NCBI RefSeq assembly: GCF_018350175.1 | Contig: NC_058381.1 | Span: forward strand, 2,046,001-2,110,000 | Origin: Felis catus | Taxonomy: Eukaryota | DNA length: 64,000 bases | Direction of reading: 5' to 3' | The notes under the pieces: model-generated | What the model was told of the DNA's origin: nothing | What the model saw: the letters and a program-made list of their open reading frames with translations, nothing else | Database searches by the model: none | Part shown: one piece after another, positions 1-12,335 of the stretch | Layout of the letters: each line of letters begins with the position of its first letter | Position numbering within the stretch: the stretch's first letter is position 1 | Position numbers and translations under genes: made by a program

Positions 1-4
1 TCGT

Positions 5-18
5 CCGCCCCCTCGTGG
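5..18 (-). promoter_or_regulatory. CTCF-like motif
   Basis: Minus strand reads CCACGAGGGGGCGG, close to the CTCF core consensus; motif match only. Confidence 0.5.
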
Positions 19-949
19 AAGGAGTCAAACATTGCCGGGTTTTGCCTACTTGCCGCGCTGGACCCCGGCGTCCCGCCAGCCTCCGAGCGTAGCCGACGGG
101 CGGGTGCCCGAGGCCTTAGTGAGCTGGGATTGGGGGAGGGCGAGCGGGCTTTGGGCGGGAGTCTGTCTCTCTGGATCCCTAAAAGGATTCAGGAGAGAGT
201 TGGGAGCGAGAATCCGGACGCCCAGGTCTCCTGAGCGTCTCTGGGCCCCCACCCGGGGCTTTCCCCACCTCCTCGAGGGGAAGCAGCTGGCGGAGCCGTC
301 CGGTCGCAGGACAATGGAAGGAAACGAACTAGAAATCATATCCGTCCCCTCCCTAACCCGCCCTATCAGAGCCCCCCTTCTTGCAGGCACCGCTAGAGGA
401 GCCTGTCATTCACACGACGCCCTCCCGCTGTCTTGAGACCCCACGCGAGTCCACTATCTCCTCCCCACACCTGGTGCCTTGTTGGGCGCCCCTTTATCTC
501 CTGGATACCTTACGTTGGAAGGGGGGAGTTTCCCTGTATTCACTCTCCGGGAACAGGCACCCCCTTCCAAAAGCCAACACACCAATTTTCGCTGCCCCAG
601 GCCCCTCGACGACCCGGGTCACCCATGTTTGCGATCTCGAGATTCCCCAACCCCCTCCCCAATTCCACCGTCCCATCCCCGGTTCCACTTTCAGTGGCCC
701 AAGACCCCTGAGGTTACGACCACCCAGGGTTTCTGAGGTCCCGCCCTCAAGCCGGAGACCCCGCCCCGGGCTCGCCATCTGGAGAGCAAGGGAGGAAGGA
801 AGGATACAGACCCAGGCGTTCACCCCACCTCCACCCCCGCCCCCGCCATCCCGGCCAGATAAAGGAGCCGAGTCCAGGAGGGGAGAGGGACCCCGCCCCC
901 CTGAGAAGAGAAGCCGCAGCCCCTGCAGGACGGGGGTAAGAACGACAGA

Positions 950-1700
950 CTGAGGGACCCAGACTCCGGGGTCCCCGCGAAGGGCTCTGGATGGTAGGAA
1001 GACTGAGGCCCAGTACTCGGGCTGCGCTCGGGGTCGGGGACCAGATAGTAGTGGGAATTCAGTGCTTCGGAAAGGGAGCTTCGACTGGGATTTGGAGAGG
1101 TGTGGACCGCGGGCCGTCTAGGGTCTCCAGGCAGGTGGGACACCCGAGAGCCAGGCGCGCGGCGAAACAGAGGGGAGCGGGGTGCTGGAAGGGCACGAGC
1201 AGTGGGGACCAAGGGCGCTGCGGCCGGATTCCCCACGCGGGCCATCGACGGCGCGGTCGGGAACCTCAAGCTCGCTGCAGGCACTGTGGAGTCTCGGGGG
1301 GGTTGGGGGGGGTGCAGCGAGCGCCGGTGAGCTGAGGCCAGAAACAACTAGACGGCTCGAGCCAGGCTGCGCGAGCCGGCCTAGGGGCTCGGCTCTAGCT
1401 GCGCGTCAGCAGAAGGGGCGAAGCGAGGAGGGCAGGCGTCTGAGGTCGGCCCGGGTCCCTGAGCTCCTTGCTCTGCACCCGCAGGCCTGCGTCGCGATGG
1501 GCTCCACCGCCACCCCGGAGGGGGCGCTGGGCTACGTCCGCGAGTTCACGCGCCACTCCTCCGACGTGCTCGGCAACCTGAATGAGCTGCGCCTGCGCGG
1601 GATCCTCACTGACGTCACGCTGCTGGTTGGCGGGCAACCCCTCCGCGCCCACAAGGCGGTTCTTATCGCCTGCAGGTTGGACGGGTGACTCAGGGGATGG
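950..1700 (+). promoter_or_regulatory. BCL6B: BCL6B CpG-island promoter and non-coding first exon (donor CCG|GTGAGC at 1326/1327)
   Basis: High CpG/GC density upstream of the ATG exon; good donor upstream of the acceptor at 1484. Confidence 0.65.
1497..1675 (+). CDS. BCL6B: BCL6B coding exon 1 (BTB N-part)
   Basis: Acceptor cag at 1482-1484, ATG 1497, [21 protein letters not shown], donor gt at 1676. Confidence 0.95.
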
Positions 1701-4637
1701 GGTGGGGCCAAATGGGAAAGGGGCGGAGCCATGAGGCCTTCGGAAGGGGATCCGAAGCCTAGCCTTCCGGAAGCAGGAGGCTGAGCACCCCGGGATTGGG
1801 GCGACAGTGGGGAGGACGTGGCGCGTGTCTCCCAGGGGCCCCCAGGCGCTAACATAGCCTATCTGCCCTCTGTCCAGCGGCTTCTTCTATTCAATTTTCC
1901 GAGGCCGAGCAGGAGTGGGGGTGGACGTGCTCTCCCTGCCCGGGGGGCCCGAAGCCGGAGGCTTCGCTCCCCTTCTGGACTTCATGTACACCTCACGCCT
2001 CCGCCTCTCTCCCGCCACTGCGCCCGCGGTCCTTGCGGCCGCCACCTACTTGCAGATGGAACATGTGGTCCAGGCATGCCACCGCTTCATCCAGGCCAGG
2101 TGAGGGAGCCCCAGCTCCGTGGGGTGAGGTGGCATCCCGGGTGTCAAGGGCAGAGGCCGGGATTTGGAAATGGCACTAAGATCCATCGCACTGTTCCCAG
2201 CTATGAACCTCTGGGCATCTCTCTGCGGCCTTTGGAGGCAGAACCCCCCACGCCGCCAATGGCCCCTCCCCCGGGCAGTCCCAGGCGCTCCGAAGGACAC
2301 CCGGACCCACCTACTGAATCTCGCAGCTGCAGTCAAGGTAGCCCAGACCCCAAGGCCTGCAACTGGAAAAAATACAAGTTCATCGTGTTAAACTCTCAGG
2401 CCTCCCAAGCGGGGAGCCTGGCGGGGGAGAGGAGTTCCGGTCAACTTTGCCCCCAAGCCGGGCTCCCCAGTGGAGATGAGGCTTCCAGCAGCAGTGGCAG
2501 TGAAGAAGGACCCATTCCTGGTCCCCAGAGCAGGTACGGAAACTGGAACCTCAAGAATTGGTAGAGGCTAGCCTCAGCTAGGGGACCGAGCCACCGGGCG
2601 GGCCTGGGTGGTCAGGAGCGGAGAGGGAGGGGTGGGGCTTCGGCAGCACAAAGGGCGTGGCTCATTGGTCAGTATTGGCTCACCTCCAGGGGGCAGGCCT
2701 TTGGCTCCAAGTCCTCCAGGGTAGAACCCCCCCCCCCCCCCCCCCCAGTAGAAGCTCTCCTAACCCTTTTCTCTGGGCTTGCCATCTGCCTAGGCTGTCT
2801 CCAACTGCTGTCACGGGACAGTTCAAGTGTGGGGCTCCAGTCCATACCCGCCATCTCCTCACAGCCCCGGCTCAAGAGACCCCTGGCTCACACTCTGGGC
2901 CGGCTTGTCCCCCACCAGGTACAAGAGCCCTTTCGGTTACTTCCTTCTTGGCTTTTCTCCTGGGTCTGCTCAAGGCCAAGTTTGGGCCAAAAGGAAAGGC
3001 CCTTTCCAATTACTGCAACATAGAGTCACGTGCGGGGCTTTTAACAATCCCATTGCCCGGGTCACATCCCCGAAGATCAGAATGTCTGGAAGAGGGCACC
3101 AGGTATCAGTGCTCTTTAAAGCTTCCAGCGAGCAGCGAAGTTCTGGCCTGTTCCCCTCGGGGAGGAACGGTGGGCCCAGAGCTCGGCAGGGCCTGCCTCT
3201 CTGGCAAGCTGTCAACCATCGTGGTGCAAGAGGGGACCAACAGGGGTCGGTAACTGGGGCCTCCCCGTACCACCGCCTCTACCGAAGAGATTAGCAGAGT
3301 ATTCTGGAGTCAGACAGACATGAAGTCAGATCTTGGCTTGTCCTCTCATTAACCATGTGACCTTGAGTAAGTCAGACGAGCCCCAGAAGCCTTTACAGTA
3401 AATTGGGAAAGAGAAAACCCACTTTACCAATGTGGTTTGAGGATTCACTGGTATTGTTGTCATGACCCACCTCCCCTCCCAGGAAGTGAATTTTTCAGCT
3501 GCCAGAACTGCGAGGCTGTGGCCGGGTGCTCGTCGGGGCTGGACCCCTTGGCTCCTGGGGATGAGGACAAACCTTACAAGTGTCAGCTATGCCGGTCCGC
3601 CTTCCGCTACAAAGGCAACCTGGCCAGTCACCGCACGGTGCACACAGGTAGGGGAGGAGAGGGCCTCCCCCCCCCCCCCCCCCCCCGGGCTTTGTGCCCG
3701 CAGGTGTCCTAGGGCCGAGTCCCCGACCTCCCTTCCTCCCTGCCTCCAGGGGAGAAGCCCTACCACTGTTCCATCTGCGGGGCCCGCTTCAACCGGCCGG
3801 CCAACCTGAAAACGCACAGCCGCATCCACTCCGGAGAGAAGCCGTACAAGTGTGAGACGTGCGGCTCGCGCTTCGTGCAGGTACCCAGCCGGCTCCGAGG
3901 CCAACTCCGAGGCCAACTGGCCGGAGCGCGGGGCGGGGCCGCGGGGTGGGTCCCTCGGCCGGCGCGGTCTGAGGTCCCCCTCCCCTCCCAGGTAGCGCAC
4001 CTGCGCGCGCACGTGCTCATCCACACCGGGGAGAAGCCCTATCCCTGCCCCACCTGCGGCACTCGCTTCCGCCACCTACAGACCCTCAAGAGCCACGTTC
4101 GCATCCACACGGGGGAGAAGCCTTACCACGTGAGTACCCGCCCCGCCCCGCCCCGGCCTCGCCCTCGCCCGAAGCAGGAGCGGGGCCTCGCTTTTACCTA
4201 GGGGCGGGGCCTCGAGGGGAGCACCTGGAAGTGGGCGGAGTCCTGAGAGATCAAGGGGCGGGGCCGGGGAGGCTCAGGCACCCGTGTCAGGCCCCCGGAC
4301 TGGGCGCCGTCCGTCCCCCACCCCGCGCCCCCAAGAGGAGCTGGGGGGGAGCTGAGGGCGGGGCCCGCCTCCTCCGCCTCCGCGGAGGATCTGGGAAGAC
4401 GCGAGGACCGAAGAGCTGGTCTTCCGCGGGGAGCCGGACAGTTGCCCCGCCTTAAAGGTGCTGGTGGAAGGGGGCGGGCGCTGACCCGGCTGTTCCCCCC
4501 CGCCTCCGCCTCCCCCACAGTGCGACCCCTGCGGCCTGCATTTCCGGCACAAGAGTCAACTTCGGCTGCATCTGCGCCAGAAGCACGGGGCTGCCACCAA
4601 CACTAAAGTGCACTACCACATTCTGGGGGGGCCCTAG
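1497..4637 (+). CDS. BCL6B: BCL6B (BAZF) BTB/POZ C2H2 zinc-finger repressor, spliced CDS, 469 aa
   Basis: join(1497..1675,1878..2099,2201..2533,2794..2918,3483..3647,3750..3880,3992..4129,4521..4637)=1410 nt, all GT-AG, phases consistent. BTB domain ([26 protein letters not shown]), KACNWKKYK motif shared with BCL6, C2H2 fingers with TGEKPY linkers, ends HYHILGGP*. Confidence 0.97.
1878..2099 (+). CDS. BCL6B: BCL6B coding exon 2 (BTB C-part)
   Basis: GFFYSIF...[17 protein letters not shown]; AG/GT flanks. Confidence 0.95.
2201..2533 (+). CDS. BCL6B: BCL6B coding exon 3
   Basis: [30 protein letters not shown]; AG/GT flanks. Confidence 0.93.
2794..2918 (+). CDS. BCL6B: BCL6B coding exon 4
   Basis: [15 protein letters not shown]..; AG/GT flanks, phase fits. 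Confidence 0.9.
3483..3647 (+). CDS. BCL6B: BCL6B coding exon 5
   Basis: [36 protein letters not shown]. Confidence 0.95.
3750..3880 (+). CDS. BCL6B: BCL6B coding exon 6
   Basis: [43 protein letters not shown]. Confidence 0.95.
3992..4129 (+). CDS. BCL6B: BCL6B coding exon 7
   Basis: [28 protein letters not shown]. Confidence 0.95.
4521..4637 (+). CDS. BCL6B: BCL6B last coding exon
   Basis: [28 protein letters not shown]. Confidence 0.95.
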   Translation, partial: CDPCGLHFRHKSQLRLHLRQKHGAATNTKVHYHILGGP

Positions 4638-6580
4638 CTGAGCGCCGCCCCGATCCCACTCGCCTCCTGGAAGCCGGGAAAGCTGCGCTCAGGCCCGGCC
4701 TCCCTGTCGGCCTTGGGCATGAGGAGAGGGGTGGTGTGCGAGGCCCCTCTGGTATCAGAAACAGCCACCGCCTTAAATTCTCATGGGGGGGGGCGGGGGG
4801 AACAGGGATGGCAGGTCGTGGCTTGATCTGCCTGTTTTGCTGGTCAAAACCTCTTCCCCACAATTGAAATTGTCCTTGAGGAGACAGCAAGCTGGGAGCT
4901 GAGGGAGGGGAGAGACTGGAGGCCTGGATTCCCTGAGGGAACAGTCCTCCACACCCGCGGCCCCCTCTCCGTTTGGTTTGTCTGTAAATATAATTTATTG
5001 AGGCCCGTGGGTGGCACCGGGGCCTCCATTCGATTGCATTTCCCACCTCCCTCTTCCACAAGTGTGATCCAAAGTGACCTGAAGCACAGTATGCGAGGTC
5101 ACAGCTCTGCTGGCAGAGATTAGCACTTGGCCGCGTCCTTAGGCTTGAGTGTTTTATGTTTATTATTGTCATTAACTTTTATCTTCGGAATCGTCTCGTT
5201 TCTTCAACCTGTTTGCTTGTTGGTGTGTGCAAAATGGAGGAAGGGTTTCTGTGTGTCCTGTCTCTCCCGATTGTAGGTCTGGAACCTTAATTTTCTAGGG
5301 CAGCACTGGGCACGTGTGAGTTTGTGGCATTGGGTCAGGAACCCTCTCCGGTATTCTGGGTAATGTAGGTTCTCTAGCGGGCTGGAACTGGCTACAGACT
5401 TTTTTCTCTGTTTTCAAGACTTCGAGGAAGCTTTATGGTGAGGCTGACGGGGAAGTAGGAAGTGTTTCCTGGGGGCTGTGGATGTGGGGGCTTTGTCGGT
5501 GTTGGAGCTAGGGGGAATGATTGGAGAGGCTTTCTCTTATGGCCCTAACCTTCCCAAGAGTCTGGCCACCTGGGTTTGGCTGCACTATGTCTGTCTGGCA
5601 TGAACTGGGCTGTATTTGAGCCCAGAATCTTCCCACTGGGGCTTGTGCTTAGCACTGAGTTGATCCCTCCATGAGGGAGAGATCTGAAATTCCTTATCAG
5701 AGACGACGCAAGCTTTTCGGGTTCTGCCCAGCCTCCAAGAATGGTATGACCTGCGGGGGAATTATGAAACTCTTTATCTTGACTAACAGCTGAGTCACGA
5801 CCAGTCCTTTACTGTAGATGTGTCTGGATTTGAATGTTCCTTGGGATTCTGTCTACCTGAGACAAACCCCTTCTCCCTTTGGTGAGCTTTTGGGCATTTG
5901 TGGCAAGTGTTCAGATTCCAGAAACGTCTTTGCCTTGAGAAGTCACAGGTGCTTGGTAACTTTGTTACTTTAGAGAAGCCAGGTCTGTGACCTGGCCTTC
6001 GTGCCACTGTGTTCCTGTCTGAAACCAGCGAAGGCAGCAGGACCTTCCACAGGGAGAGAAATGGGGCTGAGTTCCATTCTGTGCTAGAGTTTGGGATTAT
6101 GATTGGGATTGCTGTTGGGATTAGAGATTTAAAAGATTAATTGACTGGTGGACCTTCCAGCTGACCGAATATCTGGGTAGGACTGAGAGATTGGTAGGTT
6201 GGTTGAGGGGCAGTCTCCGGTGCAGGCCAAGCAGGTGGAAAGTTGGGAATGGAGTTGCCTCTTCACTGGATGGGATGTCTGGAATGTGAGATGATACCTG
6301 GAGCCTCGATTTACAGTCCTTTCCCTCCTTGGGAGCTCTTCGATTGCAGGGTGTGGCGTGGAGCTGGCTCAAGATAGGTCAGCACTAATCGCTTCTGCTT
6401 GAGGCCAGGTGAGAAAGCAACTTTTCTTGATCTTTCCCTCTGACTCCCCGCCACAGAGTTGAGAGCAGAAGAGAGATAGGAGAAGGAAACATGATTTTTT
6501 TTTTTTTTAAGTCAACTGGTTGGGCAGGTGGAGAGCGCCCAGGGGTGGAAATGTTAGATCCTGCAAGATCAGAATGTTGG

Positions 6581-6586
6581 AATAAA
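6581..6586 (+). terminator. BCL6B: Probable BCL6B polyadenylation signal
   Basis: AATAAA about 1.95 kb after the stop, followed by GT-rich sequence. Confidence 0.6.
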
Positions 6587-7829
6587 GAAGCCCCTCTGTG
6601 CTGCCTGCTGTGTCCAAGGTTCTTGCCTGGGAGGATCTGGGAGCAGGGTGCAGCCAGGGAAAGAAGGTTCTTCCCTGCTGGACTCCATCTTGGATTTTGT
6701 GACCATTCCACTGCCCCCATCACATCAGACCCTTAGAATGGCCCTTGTTCTCCCTTTCCCTGCCCTTGCCTTCCGGCTCATTGTGTGAGAACCAGTGACT
6801 TCATGAAGTTTCTCCGGAGCCACCTGCATCCTGCCGTTCTGAAGTCACTTCCTGGTCGAGGTGTGGGGGCAGCCGCGAGAAACCTGGAAGCCACGAATAA
6901 TGCCGAGAGGCGGGGGGGGGGGGGGTGGAGGGGAATATGCATCTGTGCTGGGGTCCTAATGCTTGGGACACCCCCTGCCTACCACCACCACCGCCACCAA
7001 GGAAAATGGATAGGACTTGGGTCCCATGAGGGCCATACAGGATGCAGGTGGCAGTGACAAGGCCATGTATGCGGTTGGAGCCCATGTGAGAGCTCCACCC
7101 CTCCCCCAGCGATGGTGCCTTGGAATGTATCCACTGCCCAGTTCGTGCTTCTTCCCCGCCCTATGCGTGGCCTGGGTGCCCGGGTCTGCTCTGCCCGTAG
7201 GCAGAGGGTCACTGATTCTGTTAGGTTACCTCCCTTTTGGATTTCAATTCCTCATCTGTGAAAGAAGTCCATTAACATGGTCTGCAGTTCCTTCCAATAT
7301 TTACAGTTTGTGGTTGTATTTCTCAATCTGAAAACTCATGATCTAGATTTTTTTTTTTAAGTAAAATAATGAAACAAAGAATCCAAACTAAAACCTCTCT
7401 TCCTCCTCCCACTATAGCTTCTGTCCTGTTGAAAATGAGACCAGCTAATATTACTTATCCCCTGCTACCTGTCAGGTCCTAAACTAAGCATTTTACTTTA
7501 GTGCATACATAGATTTTCTAATTCAATTCCCCTGACAACCCGAAAAAGTAGGTACTAATCTTATCCCCAGTTTACAGTTAGGAAAGCCACCTGAGAGGCT
7601 CAGTGGCTTAGACAGTATGTGATGAAACCAAGATTGGAGCCTTGATTTGCTCCTAAAGATTATGCCCCTGCACTATGTTATACAGCCGCATCAATTTCTA
7701 CGTCTTGGCATTATTTCCCACCAGCCGAAGTTTTGATTCCACTTAACAAAATCTGGGGGGGTATGATTATTTTTATTAACCACACATAAAATTATAAGGC
7801 TCAAAATGCTTTTCTTAAGAAAAATAGTT

Positions 7830-8310
7830 TTGGGAAAGCGCAAGTGGGAAGGGGCAGAGAGAGGGGGACAGAGGATCCCTAAGCAGGCTCTGCACTAACA
7901 GGCCGACAGCAGTGAGCCCAATGTGGGGCTCAAACTCGTGAACCACGAGATCGTGACCTGAGCTCAAGACCGAAGCTCAACCAACTGAGCCACCCAGGCG
8001 CCCCTGCTTGCTTGCTTGCTTTTCTTTCTTTTGAGAGAGACAGAAAGAGCAGGGGAGGGGTAGAGAGAGAGAGGGAGAGAATCCCAAGCAGATGCGGGGC
8101 TCGAGCCCACGAACTGTGAGATCATGACCTGAGCTGAAACCAAGAGTCGGATGCTTAACCAAGTGAGCCACCCAAGGCTCTTTTTTTTTTTTTTAAGTAG
8201 GCATCACACCCAGCGTGGCACCCAATGCAGGCCTCGAACTTACGACCCTGAGATCAAGATCTGAGCTGAGATCAAGAATCGGATGCCCTACCCACTGAGC
8301 CACCCAGGCA
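7830..8310 (-). mobile_element. Cluster of three Can-SINE (SINEC) copies
   Basis: Reverse-complement of ggggcgcctgggtggctcag heads, (GA)n and poly-T. Confidence 0.85.
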
Positions 8311-8849
8311 GCCTCCCCCCTCCCCACCCCCATTTGTCTGGGTATGAGCCCTTGAACCCAATTTGCCAGGTCAGGGTCTTGGGGAGCATGAATTATAATG
8401 AAGAAACAGGAAGCCAAGCCCTCGGTGCTGTCTCAGGTGGACCCACTGGGTACTGGTTGGGTAGGAGGGGCTGACTGCTCCGGTGGTCAGAATTTGGCTC
8501 TTTAGTCAACCCCATCAGGAGATCAAATACTGCGTAGAAGTTGTTGTTACCAGAGGGTGAAAGAAAAGGTTCCAGCCCCACCGAGGAAGGGGTGTAGGTG
8601 ATGTTTGTGGGGCCCCGGGTGAGCTCACAGCCGCCCTTCCTCTTCCCAGTTATTTTTGGTCTCTGTGACCTGTGGGTTTCCTGCTGGTGAAAACAGAAGC
8701 AACAGGAACTGAGTTCCCACTGCAGAAATGAACGCCCGCAGTCCAACAGCCTGTCCTTCCCCTGGTCTCTTCCGGGGCCTCCGAGACCTCCGGGATCCAG
8801 GCATGTAGCTTCTAGCGTCCTCGGGCGCTCGGGCAGGTGTCTTCGTCTG

Positions 8850-9900
8850 ACACTCTCATCTCAGAACCCCTGCGCCCACCGGGCGACCTGGCCTTGCAGC
8901 TAGGCCCCTCGTTGAGCAAGTGGGTGTCTTCCTCTCCCGAACCAGTTCACCCACCACCTTCCCGCACGAAACTGCCAACGGGAGGGTCTTGGTGCGGAAA
9001 TCCGCACGGATAAAAGTGGGCGGGGGACGCAACGGCCTCCCCGCACATCCCCGAGTCCCCGTGGGGCCCACCCGGTAGGCCGCCTCGGGTCCCCTCTTTA
9101 CGCATGCGCCCCACTCGCTGTCCGGGTCCGGGACGCGGCTCTAAGCCCCGCCCCGCCCTTCTGGCCCCACCCCCCGTGCTCCGGAGTCGCGCGTCCCCAC
9201 CAGCGAGCCGTGCCCGGGGGTGCCGGCCGCGGTGGCCGCGTAGCTGACACTTCCAGTGACAAGAGCGATAACCCACACGGGGGCTGGCGCGCCGCAGGGC
9301 TGGGCCCGCACCCGGGGCCGCCTCGCGGCTCCTCCGCTGAACGTCGGGCCCCCGCGCGGGCCCGTCCCGCCCCGGCCTCGACCCGCGGCGCGCTGCCCGC
9401 GGAGCCACGCCCCCGGGCGCCGCTCGCCCGCCCTCCCCACCTAGGTCGCCCCCCTAGGGGAGAGGCGCAGGCGCCTCACGCAGCCTCCCAGCCGCTTAAA
9501 AGCCCTCGTCGGTGCCTTCCTCTTTAGCAGCCTGCCCTCCGCAGGCTGGGCGGCTCGCGGGGCGGAGGTGGAGCGTCCCCGCGCCCTGCTCCCGCCCGGG
9601 CGGCGCGCACTGGCTGCAGCCGCGTCCCCTCCCCGATGGCGCGCAGGGCCGAGCCCCCCGACGGGGGCTGGGGGTGGATGGTGGTGCTGTCCGCCTTCTT
9701 CCAGTCGGCGCTGGTGTTCGGGGTGCTCCGTTCTTTCGGCGTCTTCTTCGTGGAGTTAGTGGCGGCGTTCCAAGAGCAGGCGGCGCGGGTCTCCTGGATC
9801 GCCTCCATAGGGATCGCCGTGCAGCAGTTCGGGAGTGAGTGCCGCGCCCGGGTCCGGCGTGCAGGCGACCCTCCCTCGGAAGGGATAGGGGGTTGGGGGG
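8850..9900 (+). promoter_or_regulatory. SLC16A13: SLC16A13 CpG-island promoter
   Basis: Very CpG-rich; GC box ccccgccc near 9146; NRF1-like ACGCATGCGC near 9100. Confidence 0.7.
9636..9834 (+). CDS. SLC16A13: SLC16A13 exon 1
   Basis: ATG..AVQQFG, donor gtgagt at 9835. Confidence 0.95.
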
Positions 9901-12335
9901 GGGTGAAGGGGGCGCCAGAGAGGCAGGGCGGGGCTGGGAAGGACGCCGGAGATCTCGCAGAACCTCTTCCTCTTTCTCAGGCCCCGTGGGCAGCGCCCTG
10001 AGCACGAAGTACGGGCCCAGGCCCGTGGTGATGGCTGGGGGCATCTTGGCTGCGTCGGGGATGCTGCTCGCCTCCTTTGCTACCTCCGTGACCCACCTAT
10101 ACCTGAGCATTGGGCTGCTGTCAGGTGAGGCCCAGGACTAAGACAGGAGAGGGAAAGGGCCTCCGGGCTCTCACCTGCTTCCTGCCCCTTCCCAGAGGCT
10201 CGGGGAGGCTCAGAGAAAGTTTCTGCTAGCACCTGTGCCCGCAAGGGAAGGTTGAAGAGGGATGACTAACGTGATAAAGCGCGGCTTGGGGGATATTGAG
10301 AAATTCAAAGATGACGGATCCAGCAAATGCAAGCCCGGGGCTGGAGTGTAAGAATCACCCTACACTTGTGCCAGCTTCGGTGGCTGCGAAATAGATCTCG
10401 TTGTCCAATTTGCATACAGACCAAGAAAGGCTTCGGAAGCTTATGTAACTTGGCAGCTGGAGCTCACCGTAGCCAGAAGTGATATATAGCCCAAGCCCAA
10501 CTGCAAAGTTCTGAGCCACTACCCCGCAAACGGTATTTCTAAGCCTCTGCAATCCCCTGAGGTGTATCACCCCATCTGCAAGACGGCGAGCCCGAGGCTG
10601 GGAGATTGAATAAAATACAGGGTAACGATGCTAGGGGCTGTAACCCAAGCCTGTGCTACATCCTGGGCAGTGGTGGGATTACTGGGTGCCCCGAGCCCCC
10701 TAAGAGTCCCCCGACCCCTATTTGTTCCTTTCTGACAGGCTCTGGCTGGGCCTTGACCTTCACTCCGACCCTGGCTTGCCTGTCCCGTTACTTCTCTCGG
10801 AGGCGATCCCTGGCCACGGGGCTGGCACTGACCGGCGTGGGTCTCTCCTCCTTTGCCTTTGCCCCACTTTTCCAGTGGCTGGTCAGCCGCTACGCCTGGC
10901 GGGGGGCGCTGTTGCTGGTGTCTGCCCTCTCCCTCCACCTGGTGGCCTGCGGGGCACTCCTCCGCCCACTCTCCCTGACGGAGGACCCTGCTGTGGGCGG
11001 CCCTGGGGCCCAACTCTCTTCCCTCCTCCGCCACGGCCCCTTCCTTCGTTACACTGTGGCCCTCACCCTGATCAACACTGGCTACTTCATCCCCTACGTG
11101 CACTTGATGGCCCATCTCCAGGACCTGGACTGGGAGCCTCTGTCTGCCGCCTTCCTCCTCTCGGTGGTGGCTGTGTCTGACCTCGTGGGACGCGTGGCTT
11201 CTGGGTGGCTGGGGGACACCGCCCCGGGACCTGTGGCTCGACTCCTAATGCTTTGGACCACCCTGACCGGGGTGTCACTGGCCCTGTTCCCCGTGGCTCG
11301 GACTCCCACGGCCCTGATGGTTCTGGCCGTGGCCTATGGCTTCACATCAGGGGCCCTGACCCCCGTGGCCTTCTCCGTGTTGCCTGAACTGGTGGGCACT
11401 GGAAGGATATACTGTGGCCTGGGACTGGTGCAGATGGTAGAGAGCATCGGGGGGCTGCTGGGGGCCCCTCTGTCAGGTAAGGGGGACTGGGCTTCCGGGG
11501 GGGGTCAGGGCTGCATGTATTGCGAGGGGGAGGGAACTAATTCCAGTGTCTGTGACTACTGCCCTCCGGGATGGCACGGAACACGGGTCCGTCAGAGTAG
11601 CCCCGGAGTGGGTCCATGGCGCAACGAAATCGGGGACTGTGGGAGGATTGAGGGGAGCTATGAGGAGCCCTTGGCAGGGTGTCTGCAGCTTGGGTTTTCA
11701 GAGGACCTGGCCGGACCTGGCCAGACATAGCCCGCCAGCGTCTGCCCGTTCCCCTGGCCTACTGGGCCCCAGCCCAGGTGACTGAGCCGTCGGGTCAAAG
11801 TTCTCCATGCCCCAGATGCCCAAACCTTCAGACCCTTAAATTTCTCCTAACTATTAACTAGAAGGGCCGCTGTTGCTTGAAAGAAAGGCATGGGTGTGCC
11901 TGGCTCGATGTGGACGCCCAGGTCCCTGCTGGCTGGTTTGGAGGCCCTTTCCAAAGGCAGGAAGGGGGTGGACGTTAGCTTGAGAAACCTCGGGGTCCCA
12001 GAGTCCTGGAGCTCATCCAGTCCTGCCTTGTGAGTCCTGATTCTTCTGAGATGATGCGTTCGGGATTCTCTTTTCCCTCCACCGGTCTTGGGAAACGGGT
12101 CACCCATGTGTGTTCTTTTTCTCTCTTGGATCTAGGCTACCTCCGGGATACGACAGGCAACTACACAGCTTCTTTTGTGGTGGCCGGGGCCTTCCTTCTC
12201 GTGGGGAGTGGGATTCTCATCACGCTGCCTCACGTCTTCTGCTTCTCGGCCTCTGCCTCCAAGCCCCAGGACCCCAAGACGGATGCAGTGGATACCAAGG
12301 TCTCTCTCACCAAGGAAGGGCTGCAGGAGGACTGA
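9636..12335 (+). CDS. SLC16A13: Monocarboxylate transporter 13 (MCT13), spliced CDS, 426 aa
   Basis: join(9636..9834,9981..10124,10739..11476,12136..12335)=1281 nt; [17 protein letters not shown] signature, YFSRRRSLA motif, MFS-type hydrophobic segments. Confidence 0.97.
9981..10124 (+). CDS. SLC16A13: SLC16A13 exon 2
   Basis: [21 protein letters not shown]. Confidence 0.95.
10739..11476 (+). CDS. SLC16A13: SLC16A13 exon 3
   Basis: [19 protein letters not shown], donor gtaag. Confidence 0.95.
12136..12335 (+). CDS. SLC16A13: SLC16A13 exon 4
   Basis: [24 protein letters not shown]. Confidence 0.95.

Noticed and set aside
32-1350. Overlapping ORFs upstream of BCL6B; possible miR-497/195 host sequence
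   Set aside because: GC-rich promoter DNA with no recognisable domain; I could not find the mature miRNA sequences in the window.
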